From an uncultured Corynebacterium sp. (lineage in GTDB: Bacteria; Actinomycetota; Actinomycetes; Mycobacteriales; Mycobacteriaceae): a stretch of DNA of 64,000 nt. Numbering within the stretch: position 1 is the stretch's first letter; each line of letters starts with the position of its first letter. The position numbers and the translations under genes were made by a program. Shown here piece by piece: positions 53,171 through 63,999 of the stretch. Under the pieces are notes generated by a model, which did no database searches, was not told where the DNA came from, and saw only the letters and a program-made list of their open reading frames with translations. The stretch spans positions 17,139 through 81,138 of the forward strand of contig NZ_CAMIHZ010000006.1 in assembly GCF_946222305.1 (NCBI RefSeq), in the 5' to 3' direction.

Positions 53171-53839
53171 CTAGCCCCTAGATTCCGCATAACGCATTCC
53201 CGCTTCCACTCCCTGTTGCACACAGGCTCGGGTGGCATCTGCGGCGTCGGCCACGGCGATAGGTAGCCAGGCGTTTTCGGCCTTGCTAAAGGGTTTTAGT
53301 ACGTACGACGCCACATCCATCCGACCCGGTGGACGACCAATTCCCAGGGCAATTCGAACGTATTCTTTTGTGCCGAGCGCTTTGGTGATGGAGCGCAAAC
53401 CGTTGTGGCCGTGATCGCCACCGCCGATCCGCACCCGCACTTTTTCGGGATCCAAATCCAGTTCGTCGTAAATCACGATCACGCGTTCGGCGGGCACTTT
53501 GAAGAACTTCGCTAGGTTGGCCACTGGCGCGCCAGATTCGTTCATGTACGTCCGGGGACGTGCCAGCACAACTGGGATATCGCCAAAACGTGTTTGGCAA
53601 ATCAAGCTATTAGTTTTGCGGTGCTGCGCCAGCGATCCCGGAGCGGGCAGTAAATCTCCCAGTAGTTCGTCAACTACCAGGTAACCGGCGTTGTGGCGGG
53701 TGGTGGCGTACTTATCGCCGGGGTTGCCCAGCCCCACAATCAGCCACGGTGCGGATTCGGATCCTTGCGTCGCCTTATTCGCTCCGCCTTGCGGACGATG
53801 ACCTGTAGAAAAGCGAGTAGCTGCCATGCGAGTAATCAT
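53171..53839 (-). CDS. pth: Peptidyl-tRNA hydrolase (paralog 2, adjacent to rplY as in the Mtb pth-rplY arrangement)
   Basis: LIVGLGNPGDKYATTRHNAGY and YDELD motifs. The N-terminus may begin later, at MAATRF. Confidence 0.85.
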   Translation of the reverse strand: MITRMAATRFSTGHRPQGGANKATQGSESAPWLIVGLGNPGDKYATTRHNAGYLVVDELLGDLLPAPGSLAQHRKTNSLICQTRFGDIPVVLARPRTYMNESGAPVANLAKFFKVPAERVIVIYDELDLDPEKVRVRIGGGDHGHNGLRSITKALGTKEYVRIALGIGRPPGRMDVASYVLKPFSKAENAWLPIAVADAADATRACVQQGVEAGMRYAESRG

Positions 53840-53973
53840 CTCACATGACAGCTTCGGTTCTCTTCCGCACCTACACCCCCAGTTTCCTCCCGGGTGCTAG
53901 GTGTTGGCCATAGACTGGGAGCAGCGGGGCGTCGATATCAGAAAAGAAATAAGAAGGGGAGGGGGAGAAGAAA

Positions 53974-54645
53974 TTACTCCTCGTCCTTGCCCTCGGACTC
54001 CTCGGAGTCGCCTTCGGCAACCTCGCCAGCTGGAGCCTCGCCCTCGGCAGCCTCCTCCTCGGAGACCTCGCCTTCCTCGCCTGGCTCTGGGAGATCCTCC
54101 TCGATTGGCTCGATGACGTTGACGATCAGCATGTCTTCCTCGGATACCAGGGTTGCGTTGCCTGGGATCTGCAGGTCGCCGGCCAGGATCTGGTCGCCGA
54201 TTTCCTTGCCCTCGACAGAAACCTCGATCTCTTCTGGAATGTCCAGAACGTCGGCCAGAACCATAACGAAGTCGCTGTCCTGCATGACCTGGGAACCTGG
54301 AGCAGGCTCACCGGTGACGACAACAGGAACCTCAACCTCAACCTTCTCGCCGCGCTTAACGTTCAGCATGTCAGCGTGGTCAACATCGAGGGTCAGGACG
54401 TTCTGGTCCACAGCCTTAATCATGACCAGGTGATCCTGGCCTTCAACCTCGAGCTCGATAACGGCGTTAACGCCCTCGTTACGCAGGATGGCCTGCAACT
54501 CTAGGATGTCGACGTGAACGTGCATTGGGTCCAGGTGGTTGCCGTATACAACCACTGGAACGCGGAAATCGCGGCGCAGGCGGCGGGAAGCGCCCTTGCC
54601 GAACTCGGTGCGGACTTCACCCTTCAAGCGGGTCAATTCAGCCAT
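53974..54645 (-). CDS. rplY: 50S ribosomal protein L25/general stress protein Ctc with an acidic C-terminal tail
   Basis: Start at MAELTRLKGEVRTEFGKGASRRLRR (ATG 54645) with an AGGAGA RBS; acidic Glu-rich tail. Confidence 0.85.
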   Translation of the reverse strand: MAELTRLKGEVRTEFGKGASRRLRRDFRVPVVVYGNHLDPMHVHVDILELQAILRNEGVNAVIELEVEGQDHLVMIKAVDQNVLTLDVDHADMLNVKRGEKVEVEVPVVVTGEPAPGSQVMQDSDFVMVLADVLDIPEEIEVSVEGKEIGDQILAGDLQIPGNATLVSEEDMLIVNVIEPIEEDLPEPGEEGEVSEEEAAEGEAPAGEVAEGDSEESEGKDEE

Positions 54646-55161
54646 GTTGGTCTCCTTAACAAGTTGGTTACCCACAGGTAGTGGGTCTGTTTTCAACGTG
54701 TGGTGCTAAAACCGTGCCCATTGTTGCGGCGCCGTTTTTTTGGGGGCGGCGGGCAGCAGGCGGGCCTTAGCCTTAATTGTCATGAACTCGGTGCCACGGA
54801 CGCAAGGGCTACCCGACTAGTTTCGTGCCATCGCCGCACTGTTTTTGCCGGGGCGGTCACTGGTGCGATCACCCTAGCCAAGGCGGATGCGGGCATGAAA
54901 AAAGCCGCGAACTCTCGCGGCGTGAAAGCGTTCCCACACATCTTCGCCAACCTGCCGGAATTGCTTGTCCAGGCACAGAGAAGCTGAAGCTTAAAGTTCG
55001 TGGGTGTTATTCAGTCGCGCCGATAACGGCTAGTACCTTTATCCATGTGGGATTGCTCCACGTGGAGTTGGTACCGGCCCTCGCCGAGATCAACACCACA
55101 TCTTACAGGGGTGTGGGGAAGGGGCCAAAATCGGCCGGGGTGCAGATATATCGTTTATTTC

Positions 55162-55548
55162 TCAAGCAACCGTACGGTTTGGATACCTTGTTCTTTCCGG
55201 TGGTGTTTTTACGGCAATTACGTAGGCTTTAACGACGTCCTCCAGGACCTCGCAACTACCATCGCCACGGGCCAAATGGGTGTCCACTTTCGTCCCCTGC
55301 GGACCACTCACTAGCCCACACACCTTGCACAACGATTCTTTGCTGTCATCGATGCGTAAAAGATCTCGGGTTATAAGTCGCGGACAGGTAACCGACGCCC
55401 AGAGTTTCGGATACACGTCACCCACCGCGAAGCCTGCTGCCACGGCAGAACTGGCTAGAAACACTGAAGTCACAGCTCGGGTGCTGCATCGCAAGAACTG
55501 CAAAATCAATTCAAAATCGGGGCGCTGTGTAGAGGTGCACAGCGCCAA
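55162..55548 (-). CDS. Hypothetical small protein (doubtful) divergent from the TrxR-like gene
   Basis: 128-aa ORF in a lower-GC non-coding-looking stretch. No recognisable domain. Confidence 0.2.
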   Translation of the reverse strand: MALCTSTQRPDFELILQFLRCSTRAVTSVFLASSAVAAGFAVGDVYPKLWASVTCPRLITRDLLRIDDSKESLCKVCGLVSGPQGTKVDTHLARGDGSCEVLEDVVKAYVIAVKTPPERTRYPNRTVA

Positions 55549-55740
55549 TTGTTCGAGAATGACAGTGAGTAGGGTTCGGCGTTTTTGTCAGGATGGTCGT
55601 TGGATCAGCGGGAAAAGGGAGGGGCAAAAGTACGTATAACGGTCTCCCTGCGCTGGTCTGAATCCGGCCAGGTTTCAGCTGACGGGGCTAGCAGTTTAGT
55701 TGATATTCTGGGCCCGTTATCGACAGTGAGGAAAACTCCC

Positions 55741-56685
55741 ATGGACACTCCATCTTTCGATGTCATTATTGTCGGCGGCGGATTCGCCGGTAATGCAACA
55801 GGCGTAACTTTAGCGAGAGCACTACGGTCCGTAGCGATCTTTGACACAGGACGTCCGCGTAATCGTTTCAGTTCTCACGCACACGGTGTATTGGGACAAG
55901 ACGGTGCCAATCCGCTTGAACTTCTTAGGCGAGGAAGCGAAGAGTTTTCTGCTTTCGGCGGGGCACAATTCTCGGACGAAATCTTAAAAATTCAGGCTGT
56001 TGAGACGTCTGCTCCCCACGGAAAAACTCTTTGGGAGGTTCATTCTGCCCAGGGTAAAAAATATCGGGCTTCGCACGTTCTAGTGGCTACTGGCATCTCC
56101 GATAAGCTGCCCGCCGTCCCCGGTTTGGAGGACCTTTGGGGGCAACGTGTTTTTCACTGTCCCTATTGCCATGGATTTGAGATTCGCGACACGGATTGTG
56201 CAGTGATCGGAGGTCTCAACCCAGGATTTACTTTCCGGATGGCGCACATGCTGAGAAACTGGACGAGTCAATTGACGTTCTACACAAATGGCCTAGTTCT
56301 GGATGCTCAACAACGCGCCCTCTATGCTGCGCGCGGCGTGATTGTCGATGACACACCTGTTATAAGTGTTGAAGCGGACCAAAACTCACCTAGCGGAGTT
56401 GTAGTAAATGCAGAGTCAGGATGCAGTCGATTTGAATCCTGTTTTACAGGTCCAGACTTTCTCGCTAACCATTCGCTACTGTTGGATGCAGGCTGCGAGC
56501 ACGCCAATGGTTGGGTCCTACAAGACGGTGGTAAGACTTCGGTGCCTCGTCTTTGGTCAGCGGGAAATGTCACCAGCTCACCTGACCAGATTAGTCAGGC
56601 GATGGGCAGTGCAGTGGCAACTGCCATCGCAATAGACCAGACGCTCCTGAACGATGAACTCGCCGCTCTGGCTTCCTCGTTCTGA
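55741..56685 (+). CDS. Thioredoxin-reductase-like FAD/NAD(P)-dependent oxidoreductase with a CPYC redox motif
   Basis: FAD-binding site GGGFAGN. The redox-motif position carries HCPYCHGFE followed by a CAVIGG NAD(P) site, which differs from the CATC of TrxB. Start at MDTPSF (ATG 55741). Local GC is about 50-52%. Confidence 0.75.
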   Translation: MDTPSFDVIIVGGGFAGNATGVTLARALRSVAIFDTGRPRNRFSSHAHGVLGQDGANPLELLRRGSEEFSAFGGAQFSDEILKIQAVETSAPHGKTLWEVHSAQGKKYRASHVLVATGISDKLPAVPGLEDLWGQRVFHCPYCHGFEIRDTDCAVIGGLNPGFTFRMAHMLRNWTSQLTFYTNGLVLDAQQRALYAARGVIVDDTPVISVEADQNSPSGVVVNAESGCSRFESCFTGPDFLANHSLLLDAGCEHANGWVLQDGGKTSVPRLWSAGNVTSSPDQISQAMGSAVATAIAIDQTLLNDELAALASSF

Positions 56686-56890
56686 ATCGGGTCAAAGCGA
56701 AAGGGGCCAGCGCCACTTATGGTTTTGGGGTCTCAACCGCATGACATCTCTCGTAGAAGCACTTAAAGATTTGTGCACGCGAGAAGTTGAGGACGATGTT
56801 CCATCTTTGCGTGCTGAGTTGCGCCTTTTAAGGTGTTGAGGCTTCGGGCTCCATGTGGTGAGCTGCCTCAACCCATTTGCCTTGGTGACC

Positions 56891-58006
56891 TTACAGGTCG
56901 GGTGGGGTATTGGCAGTATCTGCTGACAAAGCGACCGCAGGGGTGTGCCGTGCCGCGATTGACCGCGCTGCAGAATTGATCATCGCTGTGATTGGCACAG
57001 CGAACAGGGCGCCCGCTAGGTGGAACAAGTACGTGCCCGCGGCGACCACAACAACTACCGCCAGCGGGTGAATGCGTACCGCATGGCCCATGAGGAATGG
57101 CTGCAAACCGTGCGTCTCAAGGAAGTGAACACCGATGACAATGAGAGTCATGATGATGGCGTGGGAAAGTCCACCGTCGACGAAGGCGATGAGCGCCGCG
57201 ACGGCACCGGATGCCACGGCGCCGACAATCGGCACGAACGAGCAGATAAACACTACCGCCGTGATGGGGATAACCAGCGGGGTTCCTAGCATCCACGCGC
57301 CGATGCCAATGCCGAGCGCGTTGATGAAAGCCACGACGATCTGCATTCTGGCGTAGGCCTTGAGGGTTAACCACGCGGCCTCGCCCGCGGCGGTGATGTC
57401 CGGGCGCGACCGGCGGGGGAACAGGTTGATGAGGAATCCACTGATTTTCGCGCCGTCGTGTAGGAAGAAGAACGTGGCGATCAGGCAGATCAACAACGCG
57501 GCAAACGTGTCGATAGTCGTCGTTCCGGCATCGACCGCATTGGAATACAGCGAATGACTATTGGATTGCGCCCATTGACTGATTTGGGAGACCAAGCTTT
57601 CTTGATTGTGCGATCGCGGAACTTGAAGTGGTCCTTCGTGTACCCAGTCGGCAGCCGCCGTGGCACCTTCTTGCGCCTTGTCCGCCAGGCTCTGGTAGCT
57701 CGAGGCAAATTGGTTGATTGCAAATACGACGCCGAGCGTCACGAGCCCGAGCAGGCCAAACAAGCTGACCAATGCGGATAGCGCTCGTGGAAAATGTAGT
57801 CTCTGCGTGAGGGTTTGGTGCACTGGCGAAAGTAGTGCTGCGAGGAGCGCGGCGATTGCCAAAGGGATGATGACCAGCGAGATCTTACCGAGAGCTGAAC
57901 CCGCTACCCACACCGCCGCGACGATGAGTAGGAGGCACAGCGACCAAGCTGCCGCCATCACCACGGGGTAGGGCATATCTTTAGATAGCCGTTGAGCGAA
58001 CTTCAT
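56891..58006 (-). CDS. AI-2E family transporter (UPF0118/PerM-like)
   Basis: 371 aa with 7-8 TM helices and AI-2E topology. Confidence 0.7.
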   Translation of the reverse strand: MKFAQRLSKDMPYPVVMAAAWSLCLLLIVAAVWVAGSALGKISLVIIPLAIAALLAALLSPVHQTLTQRLHFPRALSALVSLFGLLGLVTLGVVFAINQFASSYQSLADKAQEGATAAADWVHEGPLQVPRSHNQESLVSQISQWAQSNSHSLYSNAVDAGTTTIDTFAALLICLIATFFFLHDGAKISGFLINLFPRRSRPDITAAGEAAWLTLKAYARMQIVVAFINALGIGIGAWMLGTPLVIPITAVVFICSFVPIVGAVASGAVAALIAFVDGGLSHAIIMTLIVIGVHFLETHGLQPFLMGHAVRIHPLAVVVVVAAGTYLFHLAGALFAVPITAMINSAARSIAARHTPAVALSADTANTPPDL

Positions 58007-58252
58007 TCACCAATGATAACGCCGTCGTATGTCGTGGATTCGACATTGATTTCGGCAAGGTGGATCAGCTGGACAGAGGTGGTGCAAGGTGGATGGGGGT
58101 GCCAAGGGGGGGCGAGCGTGCAGATGCCGAGAGTGAGCGCGGACGTGGTGCAGATACAGCTGCGCCCCAGCCGATCCATATCCAACAATGGCCTGTGGCT
58201 GGGGCGAGCGGTGATCTATTCGCGGATGTTTGATCCGTTCGAAACCGGTGGT

Positions 58253-59224
58253 CTACTCGAACAGTGTAGTAACGGAGCCGTTTTCGAAGATCTCGTGAAT
58301 GGTCTTTGCAACCAGTGGGGCGATGGACAGCACGGTGAGGTTGTCCCAACCCTCGGTGGATTGTGGCAGCGTGTCCGTGGTGATGATCTCACGGGCGCCA
58401 CATTCGCTCAGGCGCTCGCGGGCAGGACCAGAGAATACACCGTGGGTGGTGGCGATGATAACGTCCTCGGCACCAGCTTCACGCAGTACGCCGACAGCAC
58501 CAGCGATTGTTCCGCCGGTGTCGATCATATCGTCGAGCAGGACACACGTGCGACCCTTCACGTCTCCAACCACGCGGTTAGCGGTGACCTTGTTGGCTAC
58601 ATCGATATCGCGGGTCTTGTGGATGAAGGCCAGTGGGGCATCGCCCAGAACGTTGGCCCACTTTTCTGCGACCTTCACGCGGCCGGCGTCTGGGGAGACT
58701 ACGCACACGTTGTCTAGGTTGTAGTTGTCCTTGACGTAGTCGGTCAGGATTGGCATCGCGTGCATGTGATCAACAGGACCGTCGAAGAAGCCCTGGATCT
58801 GATCGGTGTGCAGATCCACGGATACGATGCGATCAGCGCCGGCGGTCTTAAGCAGGTCTGCCACCAGACGGGCAGAGATGGGCTCGCGGCCACGGTGCTT
58901 CTTGTCCTGGCGAGCGTAAGGGTAGAAGGGCAGCACAGCAGTGATGCGCTTAGCGGAGCCACGCTTCAGCGCGTCGATCATGATGAGCTGCTCCATCAGC
59001 CAGTTGTTGAGTGGCTGTGGGTGAGACTGCAGGACGAACGCATCCGAACCACGGACGGACTCTTCGAAGCGGACGAAGATCTCGCCGTTAGCGAAGTCAC
59101 GTGCGGTGGTCGGGGTTACCTCGATGCCGAGTTCGCGGGCGACGGCGTGACCCAGCTCTGGGTGTGCACGGCCGCTGAACAGCATAAGGTTCTTCTGGTT
59201 GTCGATCCAGTGAGTGGTTGACAC
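58253..59224 (-). CDS. prs: Ribose-phosphate pyrophosphokinase
   Basis: PRPP synthetase motifs (VLLDDMIDTGGT) and an N-terminal divalent-cation region. Confidence 0.95.
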   Translation of the reverse strand: MSTTHWIDNQKNLMLFSGRAHPELGHAVARELGIEVTPTTARDFANGEIFVRFEESVRGSDAFVLQSHPQPLNNWLMEQLIMIDALKRGSAKRITAVLPFYPYARQDKKHRGREPISARLVADLLKTAGADRIVSVDLHTDQIQGFFDGPVDHMHAMPILTDYVKDNYNLDNVCVVSPDAGRVKVAEKWANVLGDAPLAFIHKTRDIDVANKVTANRVVGDVKGRTCVLLDDMIDTGGTIAGAVGVLREAGAEDVIIATTHGVFSGPARERLSECGAREIITTDTLPQSTEGWDNLTVLSIAPLVAKTIHEIFENGSVTTLFE

Positions 59225-59329
59225 GTAAATTGGCCTTCCTGGCGCCTACATACGGATACTTGCACTTAGCATTCTCATGATATGTGCGTGACCAGCCATC
59301 CAACAAGAAACGGGGGCACGCAGCAGCTT

Positions 59330-60784
59330 CTAGTCGCCTTCGCTGCTTTCTGGTTTGTCTGCCGCTGCGGCTGCCTCGGCAGCGGCGGTGCCCGGTCGTT
59401 TGCGCTGCACCCAGCCTTCGATATTGCGCTGGTGACCGCCGGAAACCACTAGTGCACCGGGTGGAACGTCTTCCTTGATGACCGTGCCGGCACCCGAGTA
59501 GGCACCGTCTCCCACCGTCACTGGGGCGATAAACATCGTGTCCGAACCAGTGCGCACATGGTTGCCCACCGTCGTGTGGTGCTTGTTCACGCCGTCGTAG
59601 TTCACGAACACGCTGGAAGCACCGATGTTGCTGAACTCGCCGATGGTGGCATCGCCCACGTAGGTAAGGTGCGGAACCTTGGAACCGCGACCAATGGTGG
59701 CGTTCTTGGTTTCCACGAATCCGCCGAGCTTGCCCTTCTCGCCAAGCGAGGTGCCTGGGCGCAGGTAAGTGAACGGCCCAACGTTGGCATCTTCACCGAT
59801 CGTGGAATCGATACCGTGCGTGCGGATAACTTCCGCGCCGCGACCGACCTTGACGTTTTCCAAGGTGGTGTCCGGTCCGACTGTCACGTCATCGCCCAGC
59901 ACCGTGGTTCCCAGCAGTTGCGTGCCCGGCAGGATGGTGACGTCTTGGCCGACCTCAACCTGCACGTCAATGCGGGTAGTGGAGGGGTCAACCACGGTCG
60001 CGCCAGCGCGCATCGCGGCCTCCACGGTGCGACGGTTCAGCTCCGCGCCGGCCTCGGCCAGCTGCACGCGATCGTTAACTCCGGCGAGCTCACGGGCATC
60101 CGAGGCCATGTGGCTGCGCACCGGATGGCCCTCGCTGCGGGCAATGCCCAATACATCGGTCAGGTATAGCTCGCCTTGGGCGTTATCGGTATCGAGTTGG
60201 CCCAAGGCACTGCGCAAAATGGCGGCATCGAAGGCGAAGACACCGGAGTTCACCTCGGTGATCTCCTTCTGGTCGTCGTCGGCATCCTTCTCCTCGACGA
60301 TGGCGGTGACCTCACCATCTTCGGTGCGGATAATGCGACCGTAGCCGGTGGGATCCTCCTGGTGTACGGACAAAACCGTCACTGCGGTAGGCACCTGGGT
60401 GTGCGCTTCGTGCAGCCCCAGCAGGGTATCCGCAGTCAGCAATGGAACATCCGCGTTGGTCACGATGATCGTGCCTTCAAAGTCCTGCAGGCTGCGGATA
60501 CCGCACTGCACTGCGTGGCCGGTACCGTTTTGTTCTTCCTGCACCTCGGTGGCGATCGGGCGACCCAGGTCCTCGGCCACAGCCTCCACAGCTGGTCCCA
60601 CTTGGTCCCGCCCGTGGCCGATAACGGTCACGATAGAAGCAGGATTGATCGCAGCGGCGGCGTGCAGACTGTGTGACAGCAGCGTGCGCCCTCCGATTGC
60701 ATGCAGAGTCTTTTGGGTCTTCGACTTCATGCGGGTGCCCGCGCCGGCAGCGAGGACAACGACTGCTACGGGAGAATTTGCCAT
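59330..60784 (-). CDS. glmU: Bifunctional N-acetylglucosamine-1-phosphate uridyltransferase/glucosamine-1-phosphate acetyltransferase
   Basis: N-terminal LAAGAGTRM nucleotidyltransferase motif and C-terminal left-handed beta-helix hexapeptide repeats. Start set at [14 protein letters not shown] (ATG 60784). Confidence 0.9.
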   Translation of the reverse strand: MANSPVAVVVLAAGAGTRMKSKTQKTLHAIGGRTLLSHSLHAAAAINPASIVTVIGHGRDQVGPAVEAVAEDLGRPIATEVQEEQNGTGHAVQCGIRSLQDFEGTIIVTNADVPLLTADTLLGLHEAHTQVPTAVTVLSVHQEDPTGYGRIIRTEDGEVTAIVEEKDADDDQKEITEVNSGVFAFDAAILRSALGQLDTDNAQGELYLTDVLGIARSEGHPVRSHMASDARELAGVNDRVQLAEAGAELNRRTVEAAMRAGATVVDPSTTRIDVQVEVGQDVTILPGTQLLGTTVLGDDVTVGPDTTLENVKVGRGAEVIRTHGIDSTIGEDANVGPFTYLRPGTSLGEKGKLGGFVETKNATIGRGSKVPHLTYVGDATIGEFSNIGASSVFVNYDGVNKHHTTVGNHVRTGSDTMFIAPVTVGDGAYSGAGTVIKEDVPPGALVVSGGHQRNIEGWVQRKRPGTAAAEAAAAADKPESSEGD

Positions 60785-60918
60785 GGTGTTGGACGTCCTT
60801 GGATTTTCGGGAATTTTCGACACTATGTAACTTTCGAAGAAAACCGCAGCCACTAACAGCAACGGTTTCAACGAAGTATTTTTAGGCTTCCTACACTAGC
60901 CAACATCTGGGAGGGCAA

Positions 60919-62337
60919 CTACGCGAGCGAGCTCTTATCTACTGAGACATCGGGCAGCCGCTTCGCCAATACCGCACCCAACAAGCCCAAACCGGCTAGC
61001 GCTGCCAGTGGCCATACCGGGTTGAATACCGCCAGCAGGGAGGTCACGGCACCCACAATCAGCAACAGCACGCCCATCAGGGTATTCGCCACGGAGACAT
61101 AACGTGTGCGCTGGTCGCCCTCGGCCATATCCACCACATACGTGGAACGTGCAACGCGGATCGCGGCATGGGCAAGGGAAACGACAAAGAATGCCACCGG
61201 CAGCCACCACATCAGGGCATTCGGCAACCAGCTGGGGGTGGCGTTGGGGGTTTGGGCGGCGTCGGAAATAGAGATGAAAGCAGACAGAGCCACCGTGATC
61301 ACCAAAACCACCGTGGCGAGAAGCGCCGCACCCGCCAACGTATTGCGGCTGGACACATCAGAGAGCCACCCTGCCACGCGCCCGGCAAGCAGCGACGCCA
61401 CTCCGGAGGCGATCACAAACGTACCCAGCCCCGTGAATAGCGCCGCGGCAACGGAGTTTCCGGCGCGCTCTTGGTTGGAAGCAGCCATGGCTACCAGGAA
61501 GGTCGGTGATAGTGCTGAAGTTAGCAGCAGTGTTCGCACCAGCACAAACATGCGGAAAGTCTTATCGCCCGCCAGCAACTCCCGGATGTCGTTGATTACC
61601 TCGCGTACGTACGCGCCGGGCGTTTGCATGGCTTCTTGGGCCTGCTCTTGGTCTTTCTTTTCTTCTCTTACTTGCTTTCTTACCGACGCCGACCCGCCCA
61701 GCTCCCGGATTCCCCGGAAGAACCACAGGCTCAGCGCCCACGAGGCGGCGGCGAGGATGAACAGGATCGCGAACAGCGTTGGGGTGAGCTTGGACTGCAG
61801 CGCTTGCAGCGCGATTCCCACGACGATCGCCACACCTCCGGAAACCGTGGTCGCGAACCCCGTCAAGCGGCCGCGGTAGCCCTTGGGGACCACGCGCCCG
61901 GCGATGTCCTTGCTGGTCAGAGAGACCAGCGCGCGGCATAGGGACAGCTGCGCCAAGCTGGCGAGTATTAGGATTCCCGCGAGTGTGCCAGATGCGAAGA
62001 GCGCGGTCAGTGCCATAAAGAAGCACGCCAGCGCCTGGCCCGCGGATCCCAACAGCAGCAGCGGCAGTCGACGAGTGCGGGATTGGATCCAGGGGCGCAG
62101 CGCAGCTTGGGGCAGCATCGAGCCGGATTCGCGGATCGGCACCAGCAGGGGCAGAACCCAGGCGGGCGTGGCGACAAGGCCCAAGAACCACGGCAACACG
62201 GTCTTGGCGGAAACGATCTGATCGCCTATGTTCTGGGCGCCGAAGCCGAGGGAATAGCGCCCGGCGTTTTCTTCCACATATTCCAGATCGGACTCCGGGG
62301 GAGTGCCGATGAACTTGTGGGTAAAGGAATTCCACAT
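60919..62337 (-). CDS. MFS transporter
   Basis: 12-14 TM MFS topology. The longer ORF to 62523 adds a Pro-rich, non-protein-like N-terminus, so the start at M(WNSF) is preferred but remains uncertain. Confidence 0.65.
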   Translation of the reverse strand: MWNSFTHKFIGTPPESDLEYVEENAGRYSLGFGAQNIGDQIVSAKTVLPWFLGLVATPAWVLPLLVPIRESGSMLPQAALRPWIQSRTRRLPLLLLGSAGQALACFFMALTALFASGTLAGILILASLAQLSLCRALVSLTSKDIAGRVVPKGYRGRLTGFATTVSGGVAIVVGIALQALQSKLTPTLFAILFILAAASWALSLWFFRGIRELGGSASVRKQVREEKKDQEQAQEAMQTPGAYVREVINDIRELLAGDKTFRMFVLVRTLLLTSALSPTFLVAMAASNQERAGNSVAAALFTGLGTFVIASGVASLLAGRVAGWLSDVSSRNTLAGAALLATVVLVITVALSAFISISDAAQTPNATPSWLPNALMWWLPVAFFVVSLAHAAIRVARSTYVVDMAEGDQRTRYVSVANTLMGVLLLIVGAVTSLLAVFNPVWPLAALAGLGLLGAVLAKRLPDVSVDKSSLA

Positions 62338-62799
62338 GTCGAGAACCTTAGTGGAGGTTCGCGACAGTCCAAGTTGGGGAGGGACCGCAGGAGGTGGCCG
62401 AGACGGGGGTTCGTGCTGTACTGAAGCGGTGGAGTTAGCACTGTACTTTGGGATAGAAGTTTTGTGGGGCAACGTGACAAACGAGTAAGCCGAAGCCTCT
62501 CCATCAAGTCGAGCAAGCCCCAATGAAAGGTCACGTCGCCAACCCCGAACTCTACCCCGTTGAGTGGGTGGACTGTCTAGGCAGACGGTGTCAGTAGATC
62601 GGAAGAATGATTCTATCTACTTACTAGTTTTAATGGAAAGTCGGAAAACCATACGGAAATGTTTTCCCTAGGGTAATGTGGCCCATGGCACTCCAATCAC
62701 TGAAGTGCATTCAGCGTAAGACTCTCGTTAGACATTGAAATCCGTTTGACGAACGCCTGTTCGCTTTTGCTGTCACTACATTCCCCTCTAGGAGAACTC

Positions 62800-63999
62800 A
62801 TGATTACCTATAAGCAGCTCCATGAAGCTTGCACCGCTGGTGGAGCTACGGTTCTGACTTCCATCACCCACCTTCAGTCAGCAGCAGGCAAGCATGCTTC
62901 TGTGGCTCCAGCTAAATTTGTGGACCGCCGTGGCTCGGTGTTTGCATTTGAAACCCGTTACATCGACGGTCGGCCCCAAACGGTCGTACTCATTGACTCC
63001 AAGCAGTCCATGAACAATCGAGGTGAAGTGCACACTATTCGAGATGTGAAGGGTGGGCACACCACCTTGTCGCAGATGCCTATCATGGAGGTGGAATATC
63101 CCAACGGTCAGACTTTCACTGACCTCGAGCTTCCACATCGATTCGCTGATGGTCATTTGAGGGCGGCAACGATTGACGGTCAACCAGCCACTCAGCACTC
63201 TGATTACAAGGCTGTCCGCAACTCGACCATGGCGAATATTTCCCCGTTGGTAAACGCCTCACCAATTTCCGCTTTGCTCGGTGTATGGGATTCGACACGG
63301 CCGGAGAATCAGCTTCGAATTCCTAGTGCGCTTACGGGTGAGATCATCGGTGTGCTGGCAGATCAAGATAAGACAGGGCAGGAACAGCAGTCCAAGCGGG
63401 GCGGGGCTCGAGTCGATCCTTTGGCTATGAGCGTGCGACTGGCTGGTGGACAAATGCAGGATCTTCTCGATGCCCAGCGCGAGGAGCTGAGCCCCAACAA
63501 TGTTGAATCCATCGAAACTCAGATTAAGAAAGCGAAGAAGGGGGACAAGATCTCCGCAGCTGGCCTGGGGCTCGGTGGAATTCCCCCTCAGCTGGAAGCC
63601 CTTGGTGGTGTGTCGTGCAGCGATATCATTCGTTCGTGGGTACTCAGCTTCGCTAGCCTGCGCCAACTTCGCTTTGGGGGCAGTGCGCAGCAAGACGCAA
63701 CGGGCCGTGCGGTATTGGCAGCACTTGGTATCGCCATCATCGCGCGGGCGGAACAAGAACTCTACTTGCGAGCGAATTGCCACCTAGTCGAGTCCGAAGC
63801 TCCCGTAGTCACCTTGGATAAGCGTTTCGGCGAGACTGAAACACTTGACCCAATCACTGTAGAGGCGGCTGACGCTCTACTGGCAGAGGCACTGGACGCG
63901 GCCCACGCTGAGGGGGTTGTCGATTGGCATGGTCAGGTCATGAAATTCGAAGGCAACCCTGCCATTCTTGGTGGTGCCGTGGAAGAAGCTGAGGACTAA
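62800..63999 (+). CDS. Putative RAMP-superfamily Cas7 protein, most similar to type I-G (I-U) Csb1/GSU0053
   Basis: ATG 62800 with a GGAG RBS, 399 aa. Carries LIDSKQSMNNRGE, which matches the Cas7 'S-x-S-[LM]-[KN]-x-R' motif after beta-1. This is comparable to Cas7e SSQSLKRAMR and, as I recall, to the Csb1 consensus VESAQSMANRLE. There is a glycine-rich loop AAGLGLGGIPPQLEALGG. GC is lower (about 52%) than the flanking sequence. Confidence 0.45.
   Translation: MITYKQLHEACTAGGATVLTSITHLQSAAGKHASVAPAKFVDRRGSVFAFETRYIDGRPQTVVLIDSKQSMNNRGEVHTIRDVKGGHTTLSQMPIMEVEYPNGQTFTDLELPHRFADGHLRAATIDGQPATQHSDYKAVRNSTMANISPLVNASPISALLGVWDSTRPENQLRIPSALTGEIIGVLADQDKTGQEQQSKRGGARVDPLAMSVRLAGGQMQDLLDAQREELSPNNVESIETQIKKAKKGDKISAAGLGLGGIPPQLEALGGVSCSDIIRSWVLSFASLRQLRFGGSAQQDATGRAVLAALGIAIIARAEQELYLRANCHLVESEAPVVTLDKRFGETETLDPITVEAADALLAEALDAAHAEGVVDWHGQVMKFEGNPAILGGAVEEAED

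Noticed and set aside
62524-62799. Looked for CRISPR repeats or a leader in the AT-rich region before the Cas7-like gene, and throughout the window
   Set aside because: No direct repeat array of 24-48 bp units with unique spacers is present anywhere in the window. The only tandem repeats are coding (pepD) or the short sdaA leader motifs.
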